A stretch of 64,000 nucleotides of DNA from Dehalococcoidia bacterium (GTDB lineage Bacteria; Chloroflexota; Dehalococcoidia; Bin125). Each line of letters opens with the position of its first letter. Position 1 is the first letter of the stretch. Under the pieces are notes generated by a model that was not told where the DNA came from, did no database searches, and worked only from the letters and a program-made list of their open reading frames with translations. The translations under genes and the position numbers were made by a program. The DNA lies in contig OZ244071.1 of NCBI GenBank assembly GCA_965215555.1, positions 2,304,190 to 2,368,189 of the forward strand, given 5' to 3'. This document shows positions 36,252 through 45,337 of this stretch, one piece after another.

Positions 36252-37718
36252 ATGAGCGATACGCCGGCCGATGTGATCGGCTTCTACGCCAACCAGCTCG
36301 GCGTTGACGAGGCTGCGGCTGAGTCGGTGCTCGATTCGGCGTTGGGACGAGGAGGTTCGTTCGCCGAGCTGTACTTCGAGCACAAGCGATCGGGATCGCT
36401 CAGCTTCGAAGACCAACAAGTCAAATCAACGCAGGCGTCGCTCTCTCAGGGCGTCGGTATCCGCGTGGTCGAGGGTGACGCGATCGGCTACGCCTACACC
36501 GAAGATCTGTCGCTCGACGCGATGCGACGAGCCGCAGCGACTGCCGCGCAGATCGCGCATGGCACCTCCGACGCCGATCCTGTTGACGTCACGGCCGAGT
36601 CGTATCCCGCCGATCGCTATGCCATTGCCTCACCCAGCACCTCAACCCCGCTCGCGGACAAGGTTGAGCTACTCAGACGCGCGGACGATGCAGCTCGGGC
36701 CTGGAACTCCAGCATCACCCGCGTGGACGCTTCGATGGTTGATGAAGAGAAGCGAGTCCTGATTGTCCGTAGCGACGGACGTCTGGTCGCCGACTATCAG
36801 CCTCTGCTTCGATTCAACGTCTCCTGCCTCTCCGAGCTGGACGGCGAACGCCGCAATGCCCGCTGGGGCGGTGGCGGTCGCATGGGCATGGCCTACTTCG
36901 ACGAACACTCGCCCGAATCGTTGGCGGAAGAGGCGGCTCGACAGGCTGTCCTCCAGCAAGAGGCGCGTGAGGCGCCGGCAGGAACCTTCCCCGTCGTGCT
37001 GGCGGCAGGAGACTCCGGAATTCTCTTGCATGAGGCTGTCGGACACGGACTCGAGGCCGACTTCAATCGCAAAGAAACATCGAACTATTCGAACCGAATC
37101 GGACAACCGGTCGCCTCGGACCTCGTGACCGTGATTGACGACGCGACGCTGAACCTGTCGAGAGGTTCAGTCAACATCGACGACGAGGGTGAGGTCGCCG
37201 GCCACAACCTGTTGATCGAGAACGGTCAGCTCGCGGCCTACATGCAGGACCGCATCTCTTCCGACCACTTCGGCGTCGCCCCGTCTGGCAATGGACGCCG
37301 CCAGTCATTCCGTCATGCGCCAATGCCGCGGATGACCAACACCTACATGACCGCCGGCGAGGACGAGCCGGAAGATCTGATCCGGCGTGTGGACTTTGGC
37401 ATCTACTGCAAGGCGTTTAGCGGCGGACAGGTCAACATCACCAACGGCGACTTTGTCTTCTCCGTGACCGAGGGTTACCTGATCGAGAACGGCCAGGTCA
37501 CCGCGCCGATTCGCGATGTCAACCTGATCGGTAACGGTCCCGATGTCCTCTCAAAGGTCACCGGCGTGGGACACGACCTGGAGATGTCCGACGGTCGCTG
37601 GACCTGCGGTAAGTCGGGCCAGTCGGTACCCGTCGGGGTCGGAATTCCGACGGTGCTGGTCTCTGGCATCACGGTTGGCGGCACGCAGATGCAGCCGGGC
37701 GCTGGGATGTCGGCATAA
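36252..37718 (+). CDS. tldD: TldD metalloprotease subunit
   Basis: GVGIRV, LLHEAVGHGLEADF (HExxxH), GNGRR, PRMTNT, CGKSGQSVPVGVG. Confidence 0.95.
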   Translation: MSDTPADVIGFYANQLGVDEAAAESVLDSALGRGGSFAELYFEHKRSGSLSFEDQQVKSTQASLSQGVGIRVVEGDAIGYAYTEDLSLDAMRRAAATAAQIAHGTSDADPVDVTAESYPADRYAIASPSTSTPLADKVELLRRADDAARAWNSSITRVDASMVDEEKRVLIVRSDGRLVADYQPLLRFNVSCLSELDGERRNARWGGGGRMGMAYFDEHSPESLAEEAARQAVLQQEAREAPAGTFPVVLAAGDSGILLHEAVGHGLEADFNRKETSNYSNRIGQPVASDLVTVIDDATLNLSRGSVNIDDEGEVAGHNLLIENGQLAAYMQDRISSDHFGVAPSGNGRRQSFRHAPMPRMTNTYMTAGEDEPEDLIRRVDFGIYCKAFSGGQVNITNGDFVFSVTEGYLIENGQVTAPIRDVNLIGNGPDVLSKVTGVGHDLEMSDGRWTCGKSGQSVPVGVGIPTVLVSGITVGGTQMQPGAGMSA

Positions 37719-39085
37719 TGGCGAACCAGACACTCTCCACCGAACCACTCGAAATCGCGGCCCGACTGCTCGAGATGGCTGAAGCCGCAGGCGCCGACCA
37801 GGCCGATGCCGTCGCTGCCAGCTCAACCAACGCGTCGACCACCGTGCGCAAGCAACAGATCGAAAAGGTCTCCGAGTCAACGTCCCGCTCCGTCGGACTG
37901 CGAGTCATCCTCGACGGACGACAAGCGACCGTCTCGACCAGTGACATCAGCGACACCGCGCTCGCGGAGACCGTGCAGACAGCGCTTGAACTGGCTCGCG
38001 TCTCAGAGCCGGATCCCTATGCCGGACTCGCCGATCCGAAGGATCAAGCGCGCAACGTGCCGCAGTTGGGCCTGTTCGACGAGCAGATTCCCGAGATCGA
38101 CGGCGACCATCGGCTCGCGCAGGCCATGTCCTGCGAACTGTCAGCGCTGGACGCCGATGAGCGAATCGTGAACAGCGGCGGAGCGACCTTCAGCACCAAC
38201 GTCAGCAACTTCGCGCTGGTCGACACCAATGGGTTCGCCGGCACATACGCCGATACCGGTGCGTCGATGTGGGTCGAGGTGATGGCCCAGGAGGAAGACG
38301 GACAATTACGCAATGCTGGTTGGTCAGCGTCGGAGCGCAGCCTGCACCGGCTAGACAGTCCTGAGGATGTTGGCCGAGAGGCAGCCGCACGCACGCTGCG
38401 TCAACTCGGAGCGACCAAGGCGTCGACCTGCGAGGTGCCCGTCGTCTGGGAGCCGAGAATGGCGTCTGGTCTCGCCGGGATCGTTGCGGGAGCGGCCAAC
38501 GGGGAAGCACTCTATCGCCGCGCCACATTCCTGGCGAATCGAGAGCTGACTGAAATTGCGTCGCCGCTGCTCACCATCGTCGATGACTCAACCATGAGCA
38601 ATCGCCTTGGATCGCGCCCGTTTGATGGCGAAGGCGTCGTCACGCGACGCAACGCGCTAATCCAGCAGGGCGTCTTCCAGGGCTTCCTGTTCGACTCATA
38701 CAACGCACGCCGGCTCGATGCCGCCAGCACCGGCTCTGCCTGGCGCAGCGTCGGCGGACTGCCGCAAATCGGCAGTGGCAATCTTGCCCTCGAACCTGGC
38801 GATACTCCGCCGGAGCAGATCATCGCCGAAGTCGAAGACGGTCTCTACCTGACAACGCTGATGGGATTCGGGATCAACTACACGACCGGAGATTTTTCCC
38901 GAGGCGCAGCCGGCATCTGGATTCGTAACGGCGCACTCGCCGAGCCGGTGCAGGAAATCAACGTATCGGGCAATCTGCTCGAGATGTTCCAGAGAGTCGA
39001 CGCCGTTGGCAATGATGCCCAATGGTTCGGAGCCAGCTCGGCGCCAACAGTGAGAATGTCAAGCATGACCGTCAGCGGCGTCTGA
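37718..39085 (+). CDS. tldE: TldE/PmbA subunit
   Basis: Translationally coupled to tldD. VGLRV, RPFDGEGV, TGDFS, no HExxH. Confidence 0.92.
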   Translation: MANQTLSTEPLEIAARLLEMAEAAGADQADAVAASSTNASTTVRKQQIEKVSESTSRSVGLRVILDGRQATVSTSDISDTALAETVQTALELARVSEPDPYAGLADPKDQARNVPQLGLFDEQIPEIDGDHRLAQAMSCELSALDADERIVNSGGATFSTNVSNFALVDTNGFAGTYADTGASMWVEVMAQEEDGQLRNAGWSASERSLHRLDSPEDVGREAAARTLRQLGATKASTCEVPVVWEPRMASGLAGIVAGAANGEALYRRATFLANRELTEIASPLLTIVDDSTMSNRLGSRPFDGEGVVTRRNALIQQGVFQGFLFDSYNARRLDAASTGSAWRSVGGLPQIGSGNLALEPGDTPPEQIIAEVEDGLYLTTLMGFGINYTTGDFSRGAAGIWIRNGALAEPVQEINVSGNLLEMFQRVDAVGNDAQWFGASSAPTVRMSSMTVSGV

Positions 39086-39125
39086 GGGCGCATCCGTTCT
39101 CTGAACTTCGGCAACAAACTGCGCC

Positions 39126-39153
39126 GTCATTCCCGCGCCTGTCGCGGGAATCC
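39126..39153. repeat. REP/dRS3-like palindrome
   Basis: GTC-ATTCCCGCG-CCTGT-CGCGGGAAT-CC, a perfect 9-bp stem. Single copy seen in the window. Confidence 0.6.
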
Positions 39154-39328
39154 CGTCGAGTGCTCCTCAATCGTCGGACTGCTTCACCTGCCGCAGCATT
39201 TGTGTACCCGCCTCGCTACTTCCGGCAGGCTGGTAGCAGCGAGATACCCCCGCTCGAGCCGAGGGCAGGCTCCGCTGCAAACACAGGTACAACGAAGGAC
39301 CTGCAGACATTGACTGAATGACCAGGTC

Positions 39329-39769
39329 TCAGCCAGGAAGAAAGACCACGGCGGATGATCGCACGCTGCGGTCTCCGGACGCCTGCTCGATCCAGAGTTC
39401 CAGATGTATCTCGCGACCACCCTCGGTGGCTTCGACGCGTGTCACTTGGCCGCTGATCGTGAAGCGGTTGCCGTGATAGTCGGGACGCCGGAATCCTGAC
39501 TGCAGTCGGACGATTCGCCCATGCGGCTTGGCCAGGTGTCGCAGATAGCCCAGCAGAAACGCCGATTTGTACTCGGCCGGAATCAGTGGACCCTCAAGAC
39601 CTGTCTGACGGGCGGCGACGGGATCGAGAAAAATCGGAATCGCGAAGCCGGCCGCTCCGATAAATTTGGCGACATCCATGATGTCGGGAGCGAGCGAGAG
39701 CTCGGGCAACGCCGTACCCTCGGTCAGTTCCCCAAGATCGAGCAGATTCGGCAATGGCACGGAGTTCAC
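39329..39769 (-). CDS. MaoC-like hotdog-fold protein
   Basis: PIFLDPVAARQTGLEGPLIP, FRRPDYHG. Confidence 0.75.
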   Translation of the reverse strand: MNSVPLPNLLDLGELTEGTALPELSLAPDIMDVAKFIGAAGFAIPIFLDPVAARQTGLEGPLIPAEYKSAFLLGYLRHLAKPHGRIVRLQSGFRRPDYHGNRFTISGQVTRVEATEGGREIHLELWIEQASGDRSVRSSAVVFLPG

Positions 39770-39775
39770 TCCGGC

Positions 39776-40192
39776 CTAGTCAAATGCGATCGTCGCCGCG
39801 CCCCGCACCGACCGGTCGCCCTGGGGATTGTCGATGTGGATTTCCAGATCGGCCATCCGCCGTCCGTCCGCCTCGTAGGTGCGCGTGATTTCGCCGCCAA
39901 GCGTCATTTCGGCGTTGTGTACATCGGGACGGCGGTGGTTGAGCTGCAGGCGAGTGATCTGATTGCGGCCAAAGTGGCGGCGCAGATATTGATCGAGGAA
40001 GCCCTGCTTCATGTTGCCCGGAATGATCGGTCCGGGCAGACCCATCTTTTCTTTGGCGAACTCGGGATCGAGGAACTGGGGTCCGGCGTTGCCGGTCGCA
40101 TTGCAGAACGCCACCACCTGATCGGTTGTCGGCGTGCGTTGCTCTGACGGGAGCTCGGTGCCCTCGCTGAGGGCGTCGTATTCCAAAGTCAT
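39776..40192 (-). CDS. MaoC-like hotdog-fold protein
   Basis: EGTELP, QFLDPEFAKEKMGLPGPIIPG, HRRPDVH. Confidence 0.78.
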   Translation of the reverse strand: MTLEYDALSEGTELPSEQRTPTTDQVVAFCNATGNAGPQFLDPEFAKEKMGLPGPIIPGNMKQGFLDQYLRRHFGRNQITRLQLNHRRPDVHNAEMTLGGEITRTYEADGRRMADLEIHIDNPQGDRSVRGAATIAFD

Positions 40193-40199
40193 GGTGCTC

Positions 40200-40670
40200 T
40201 TACTCCCCTGTGTGACGCGCCTGGAAGTGCGTCACGGTCCTGCGCACACGAGCCACTTCGATATCGTCCTGATTGGTGTAGACCCACTCGTGATGAATGA
40301 ACAACGAGTGACCAACCCGGCCGCCGATCCGCTCCTGGATTTCGGCCAGCCTTGGCACGATGGTCATCTTGTCACCAAGATGGATGTCGGCCTTGACCTC
40401 CCAGGCATCAGCCGCCATCAGCGCGCGCTCGGGCGCGTCGGGCACATTCAACTGCCGCTGTGATGTGCTGGTGGTGAGCAGGGCGTACGTCGGAATCGGA
40501 TACGACGTGTCGCCCGACTCGACCGCAGCCATCAGCTCTTCATCATCCTCGTCCAGCGCGTGCATCAGACGCAGGATCAGCTCTTTGTCAATGGTGACTT
40601 CCCGCGGCTCGCCTTCGGTGCCGATGGCGGCCTCCATCGCGGGCGTGATCAGACTCTCGTCATCGCTCAT
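40200..40670 (-). CDS. MaoC N-terminal / FAS1-like dehydratase partner (HadA-like)
   Basis: AAIGTEGEPREVTIDKELI, IHLGDKMTI, YTNQDDIEVA. Confidence 0.7.
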   Translation of the reverse strand: MSDDESLITPAMEAAIGTEGEPREVTIDKELILRLMHALDEDDEELMAAVESGDTSYPIPTYALLTTSTSQRQLNVPDAPERALMAADAWEVKADIHLGDKMTIVPRLAEIQERIGGRVGHSLFIHHEWVYTNQDDIEVARVRRTVTHFQARHTGE

Positions 40671-40692
40671 TGTGGACTCTCTTCTTAGGTCG

Positions 40693-40734
40693 GCTCGTCA
40701 GACACGCTCGTCAGACAAGCTTGTCGGGCCGACA
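40693..40734. repeat. 13-bp tandem duplication plus adjacent palindrome upstream of the MaoC triplet
   Basis: GCTCGTCAGACAC GCTCGTCAGACAA, then TGTCGG-G-CCGACA. Confidence 0.7.
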
Positions 40735-40804
40735 GGTTGGGCCAAACAGACTCAAACTGATTCGCTCAAGTATCGCCCGCCAGCCACTCACGCGCTATCG
40801 GAGA

Positions 40805-41269
40805 TTACTGGTTGGCCGGTTCAAAGAACCGATCGATGTCCTCGGCATGCTCCGGATAGTGTTCCAACACGACGCCGTCAACCATCCGATTGATCGTCTT
40901 GCCCTCGCCAAATCGAGCAGAGTCGACCTCGCCAACCGCCTCGACGAACTCCTCATGTGCGCTGTCAAAGGCAGCCCGGGCTTCATCGTAGCTCTGCTCG
41001 CCTCGCTCGGCGACGAATCCCGGATTCCAGTCTTCGGGATCGGAGTAGTCCACGCCCTCAGGCGTCGGCCGCTGACCGGCGTTCATTCGCTCCACCCCTG
41101 CGGTCATCTCGGTCAACCAGCCATGCAGGTGTTGCAGCAATTGTGCCACCGACCACTCGCCGATCGCGCCCTCCCACTCACCATGTACCTCATCGATCTT
41201 GCTCAACCGCTCATCCAAGGTCTCTTTGGCCTCGGCCATCGCGGCCAACGTGGTGTCTCGGTCCGTCAT
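40805..41269 (-). CDS. DinB/ClbS-DfsB-like four-helix bundle protein
   Basis: WSVAQLLQHLHGW, DWN, LEHYPEH. Confidence 0.75.
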   Translation of the reverse strand: MTDRDTTLAAMAEAKETLDERLSKIDEVHGEWEGAIGEWSVAQLLQHLHGWLTEMTAGVERMNAGQRPTPEGVDYSDPEDWNPGFVAERGEQSYDEARAAFDSAHEEFVEAVGEVDSARFGEGKTINRMVDGVVLEHYPEHAEDIDRFFEPANQ

Positions 41270-41300
41270 GCCGACCCTCCAGTGATTGAGATCCGTGACG

Positions 41301-42050
41301 TCAGTTGGGAAGAATCAGTCCGCCGGGCGTGCGACGTTCACCTGGCTGCACGCCGCGTTGCTCAAGCGTCTGCAGGATGAAGGGATTCTGCGCTCGCTCG
41401 GCGGCCAGCGTCGTTTGGTCCATGTGGCCAGGGAGCACAATCGTCTCGTCGGGCAGCATCAGTAGCTTGTCGACGATGGACGACATCTCCTGGTTGTAGT
41501 CGCCGCCGGGCAAATCAGTGCGTCCGATGCTCTGCTTGAACAAGGTATCGCCCGAGAACAGCACGCCATGTCCGTAGAAGCAGACTGATCCGCGTGTATG
41601 TCCCGGCGTGTGGATCACTTGAAGCTCGACGCCGTCAACTTCGACTTTCTGCTCATCGTCGATGTAGTGATCGGGATCAGGCGGCTGTTCAACTTGCATC
41701 CCGCCTGTCAGCCCGAGCCGCGCCGCCGACTCCGCCGTGCTCCGGAGAATGTCCAGATCTGCCTCATGCAGCAGAAACTGAGCATCGCTGTCCGACTGCA
41801 CGCCTCGCACCCCTAGCACGTGGTCAAGGTGGGCGTGCGAATTCGCGATCAGCTTGATCGTGACACCCATCTCCGAGGCCATGTGCACAATGTCATCGGC
41901 CTGTTCGCCCGGATCGATGCAGATCGCCTCGCCGGTTCGTCGGTTGCCGATGACCCAGCAGTTCTCCTGAAACGCGCCCACGATCAGGCCACGGACTTCA
42001 ATTTCGTTGACAAACGGTTCTTCGCTGGTCGCTGGCTCGCGTTCACTCAT
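41301..42050 (-). CDS. MBL-fold metallo-hydrolase (glyoxalase II/YcbL-like)
   Basis: SHAHLDH, HTPGHT, FSGDTLF, GRTDLPGG, PGH. Confidence 0.92.
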   Translation of the reverse strand: MSEREPATSEEPFVNEIEVRGLIVGAFQENCWVIGNRRTGEAICIDPGEQADDIVHMASEMGVTIKLIANSHAHLDHVLGVRGVQSDSDAQFLLHEADLDILRSTAESAARLGLTGGMQVEQPPDPDHYIDDEQKVEVDGVELQVIHTPGHTRGSVCFYGHGVLFSGDTLFKQSIGRTDLPGGDYNQEMSSIVDKLLMLPDETIVLPGHMDQTTLAAERAQNPFILQTLEQRGVQPGERRTPGGLILPN

Positions 42051-42051
42051 G

Positions 42052-42948
42052 TCAGTTCGATTCGTCTCCCCGCAGGAGCCGATTCACCGCCTCCATGATG
42101 TCGTCACTGTCCAGTGGTTCCGCTTCCATCTCGTCCGCAGGCGATTCCTCATCATTCTGAGCTTCAAGGTTGCGGACATAGTCACGAATGTCGGGCTTGT
42201 CTTCGAGGGCGGAGTCGATCTGTGCTCGATAGCGCTCCTGCGCCCCATCGAGGTGATGCAGATCGAGTTCAAGTTCAAACACGCGATCGAGCTCAGTCAA
42301 CAGTGCCTTCGTCGCGCCGGGATTATGTCTTGAGGTCACATAGTGGGGCACCGACGCCCAGAATCCCATGTGCGGAATCTGAGCGATCCGGCAAGCGTCG
42401 CCAACTGACCCGACGATTCCCGTGGGGCCCTCATACTTCGACGCCTGGAAACCGAACTGCTTCTGACGCTCCGGATTCGAGGATCCTCCGGACACCCTGG
42501 TCGGTCGCGTGTGCGCGACATCGGCCAGCAGCGCGCCGATCGTGATCACTTCTTCCACACCGGCCATCTCCGCAACCTGAAGGACGGCGCGGCAATAGCG
42601 GCGCCAGCGTAGGTCGGGCTCGGTGCCGAGGCCAACGATCAGGTCGTGCTCCGCTTGCGGCCGGCGCAGCACCGTAAAGTCAGTCACCGGCCAGACGACT
42701 TCGCGGCGCGGATTGTCGCCATCGATCCACTTCACCGTCGGCCGATGTTCACTAAAGACAAAGAAGTCGTCCGGATCCAACGTCGCCACCGCCGCTGTCT
42801 GGTCGAGGTTGCGCAGAAACCTGATCGCGTCCGTGGCTGCTTCGGCCGCATCGTTCCAACCGAAAAACGCCAGCACGAGGATGGGCCGGCGTAGATCGTC
42901 GGGTATCCCGTCGATCGTCAGTGCCTCATCGATGCGGTCGATACTCAT
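42052..42948 (-). CDS. PAC2-family (proteasome assembly chaperone-like) protein
   Basis: AFFGWNDAAEAA, EPDLRWRRY, GALLADVAHTRP, YEGPTGIVG, VPHYV. Confidence 0.85.
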   Translation of the reverse strand: MSIDRIDEALTIDGIPDDLRRPILVLAFFGWNDAAEAATDAIRFLRNLDQTAAVATLDPDDFFVFSEHRPTVKWIDGDNPRREVVWPVTDFTVLRRPQAEHDLIVGLGTEPDLRWRRYCRAVLQVAEMAGVEEVITIGALLADVAHTRPTRVSGGSSNPERQKQFGFQASKYEGPTGIVGSVGDACRIAQIPHMGFWASVPHYVTSRHNPGATKALLTELDRVFELELDLHHLDGAQERYRAQIDSALEDKPDIRDYVRNLEAQNDEESPADEMEAEPLDSDDIMEAVNRLLRGDESN

Positions 42949-42988
42949 GTACTGAGGGTAGCCGTTGCCGACCGCGCTGGGCAGTCAA

Positions 42989-43948
42989 CTACAGTTCCAC
43001 CGCGCCGTACTTCTCGCGCAGCGCCGGTACGACCTCCTTGACGTAGACCGACAACGCCTCGTCACTCCAGGGAGCACGCAAGGCGACATTGACGCCCGCT
43101 GCGCCGGCGTCGCAGTACATCGAGACTCGGTCAAACGCATCCTCCGGCGTGCCCTGCAGCGCACCCTCCGAGACTCGATCGGCCTGATCGCCCCATTGTT
43201 CTTCCAGTTTCTGCCGCGCAATCTCGGCTTCAGCCCGCGTCAGGCTCAGGTTGAACTGCAGGTTGACCGTGCGGTCGATGGTGGCAGGATCGCGTCCCTG
43301 CTCACCACAGCGGACATCGAGCACGCCCGACAGTCGGGCAAACTCCTCTGGGCCGATATAGGGCACGTTCCAGCCGTCGCAATATTGCGCCGCCATGCGC
43401 AGTGTCTTGCGCTCGCCGCGTCCGCCGATCCAGAGCGGCACATGTTCCTGCACCGGGCCGGGCTCGTTGGTCGCATCGAGCGCGTTGTAGTGAACGCCTT
43501 CAAACGTCGTGCGCTCCTGCGAGAGCATGCCCTTGATGATCTGCGTGCCTTCTTCAAGCATCTCGAAGCGGGTCTTGAGACTGGGCCAGCCGTAGCCGAA
43601 GCCCTCAAACTCCATCTGATGCCAGCCAGCGCCCAGGCCGGGTTCGATCCGGCCGTTGGAGATGTGATCCAGTGTCATCAGCGACTTGGCCAGGTAGGCC
43701 GGATTTCGGTACGGGACACAGAAGACCAGGCAACCAATCCGAACCCGCTCGGTCTCGGCTGCGATGGTTGCCATGCAAGTCAACGATTCAAAGTGGGGCG
43801 ACATGCCGTCTACCGGCGGCGCCTCGTAGAAGTGATCCCAGACCGAAATCCAGTCCATGCCCTCGTCGTCGATCCAGCGCCATAGTTGGCGCAGGTCGCC
43901 CATCGTCACATTCTGTTGTCCAGTGTGAACACCAAAAGAAACGGCCAT
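42989..43948 (-). CDS. LLM-class (probably F420-dependent) oxidoreductase
   Basis: WISVWDHF, YRNPAYLAK, DHISNGRIEPGLGAGW, LWIGGRGERKTL. Confidence 0.9.
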   Translation of the reverse strand: MAVSFGVHTGQQNVTMGDLRQLWRWIDDEGMDWISVWDHFYEAPPVDGMSPHFESLTCMATIAAETERVRIGCLVFCVPYRNPAYLAKSLMTLDHISNGRIEPGLGAGWHQMEFEGFGYGWPSLKTRFEMLEEGTQIIKGMLSQERTTFEGVHYNALDATNEPGPVQEHVPLWIGGRGERKTLRMAAQYCDGWNVPYIGPEEFARLSGVLDVRCGEQGRDPATIDRTVNLQFNLSLTRAEAEIARQKLEEQWGDQADRVSEGALQGTPEDAFDRVSMYCDAGAAGVNVALRAPWSDEALSVYVKEVVPALREKYGAVEL

Positions 43949-44035
43949 CAGAATCCACTCCCCTCAACGCCGACCACAGCCGACGCACGCGCAGTCAGTG
44001 GAGGATAACGCTCACATCCCGCCGAGTCGCCGCAA

Positions 44036-44041
44036 TAGAAT
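44036..44041 (+). promoter_or_regulatory. Candidate -10 box of a leaderless transcript (MNT-HEPN)
   Basis: TAGAAT 6 nt before ATG 44048, with no SD. Confidence 0.5.
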
Positions 44042-44047
44042 GAGCAC

Positions 44048-44386
44048 ATGACGACGCAGACGGAGAGTCAGTCGAAGCTGAAGCTGATTGTCGATCGAAT
44101 CGTCGAGGGATTCGATCCACACAGCGTGTGGCTGGTCGGCTATCGCGGCTACAGCCAACCGGACGACTTTTACCACGTCGATCTCTTGGTCATATTGGAC
44201 GAACAATGCGCTGCACGGTATGAGCGCCCGAGTATTGCGGTTCGCGGTTGCTTGCACGGTGTTGGGATGAGCAACGACATCTTCGTCTCTACGCCGCACA
44301 AGTTCGCAAAGCGGAAGCATCGAATTAACACGATGGAAGAGCAGGCACACTCGTTGGGTAAGGCGCTCTATGAACGGGGACGCTGA
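44048..44386 (+). CDS. Minimal nucleotidyltransferase (MNT)-like putative antitoxin, degenerate motif
   Basis: IVDRIVEGFDPHSVWLVGYRG...HVDLLVI; overlaps the HEPN gene by 17 nt. Confidence 0.7.
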   Translation: MTTQTESQSKLKLIVDRIVEGFDPHSVWLVGYRGYSQPDDFYHVDLLVILDEQCAARYERPSIAVRGCLHGVGMSNDIFVSTPHKFAKRKHRINTMEEQAHSLGKALYERGR

Positions 44387-44777
44387 CGCCGAGCCCCTGC
44401 CTGAAACCTGGCTGCGATATGCCGACATCGATCTTGCGTTGATGCGGTCTGTGCTGAATGCAGGCGGTCCTGCGGGAGAAGTCTGCTTTCACGCACAGCA
44501 AGCCACAGAAAAAGCACTCAAAGGGCTATTGGAGTCGCAGCAAATCAAAGTTCCCTACACCCACCACCTAGTCGCTCTCCACGAAATGACACCAGCTACG
44601 CTTCGTCCTGGCGTAAACCTGGAACGCCTAGACCGATTGACTGAGCTAGAAGCACAGTCACGCTATCCGGGCGAATGGCCGGAACCGACCGACGAGGAGG
44701 CTCGCTGGTCTGCTGACGTTGCCACATCTGTGGTGCAAGCGGTCAAGGAGGCGTTCGGGGAGTTGGAGGAGCTTTAG
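44370..44777 (+). CDS. HEPN domain protein (putative toxin)
   Basis: VCFHAQQATEKALKG, THHLVAL, SRYP. Confidence 0.88.
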   Translation: MNGDADAEPLPETWLRYADIDLALMRSVLNAGGPAGEVCFHAQQATEKALKGLLESQQIKVPYTHHLVALHEMTPATLRPGVNLERLDRLTELEAQSRYPGEWPEPTDEEARWSADVATSVVQAVKEAFGELEEL

Positions 44778-44779
44778 GA

Positions 44780-45307
44780 CTAGTCAGGCAGATCGACCGG
44801 AATCACATCGCGCCATCCGGGGATGTCCATGCCGTAGTAGCGCGCCAGCAAGAGGATGGCGATCTTCTGCTTTGCCGGGCCGACTCCGGGCACCCCGCCC
44901 AGTCGCTTCATGATCGTTTTCGCGTCGGGTTGGTTGTCCCAGATGTTCTCGGCGTTGTTGTCGAACTCATCCCGCACCATCGCACAGGCGGCTTGCACGC
45001 GCTTGCCCATCGAGGCCGGGAAGCGATGGATGGCCGGCTTCTCCCGGAAGATCGTCAGGAACTCATCCTCGTCCATCTCGGCAATCTGCGCCGGGTCGAG
45101 GTGGCCCAACCGTTGCTTGAGGTCGCGTGGGCCCGAGAACGCTTTGGTCGAAGAAATCTGCTGATCCAGCACGATCGCAATCAGCAGCGCATTCGGATCA
45201 TTGGCCAGCAGCGAGTTGGCGTCGTCGTCGTTGGTGAACTTGATCACCGGCGTCCCCGAGTCGGTGAACTCGGGTGCGAGATCGATGTACATCTCCGGGT
45301 TGCCCAT
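44780..45307 (-). CDS. HhH-GPD-family putative DNA repair protein (actinobacterial-type short form)
   Basis: FTNDDDANSLLANDPNALLIAIVLDQQ, AIHRFPASM, HhH VPGVGPAK. Confidence 0.8.
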   Translation of the reverse strand: MGNPEMYIDLAPEFTDSGTPVIKFTNDDDANSLLANDPNALLIAIVLDQQISSTKAFSGPRDLKQRLGHLDPAQIAEMDEDEFLTIFREKPAIHRFPASMGKRVQAACAMVRDEFDNNAENIWDNQPDAKTIMKRLGGVPGVGPAKQKIAILLLARYYGMDIPGWRDVIPVDLPD

Positions 45308-45337
45308 GGCGATTCTCCTTCAGTTGGTGTACCTGAG

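Noticed and set aside
39205-39245. CAGG...AGCAG resembling SRP RNA helix 8
   Set aside because: The spacing is 5 nt rather than about 10, and there is no GNRA-capped stem.
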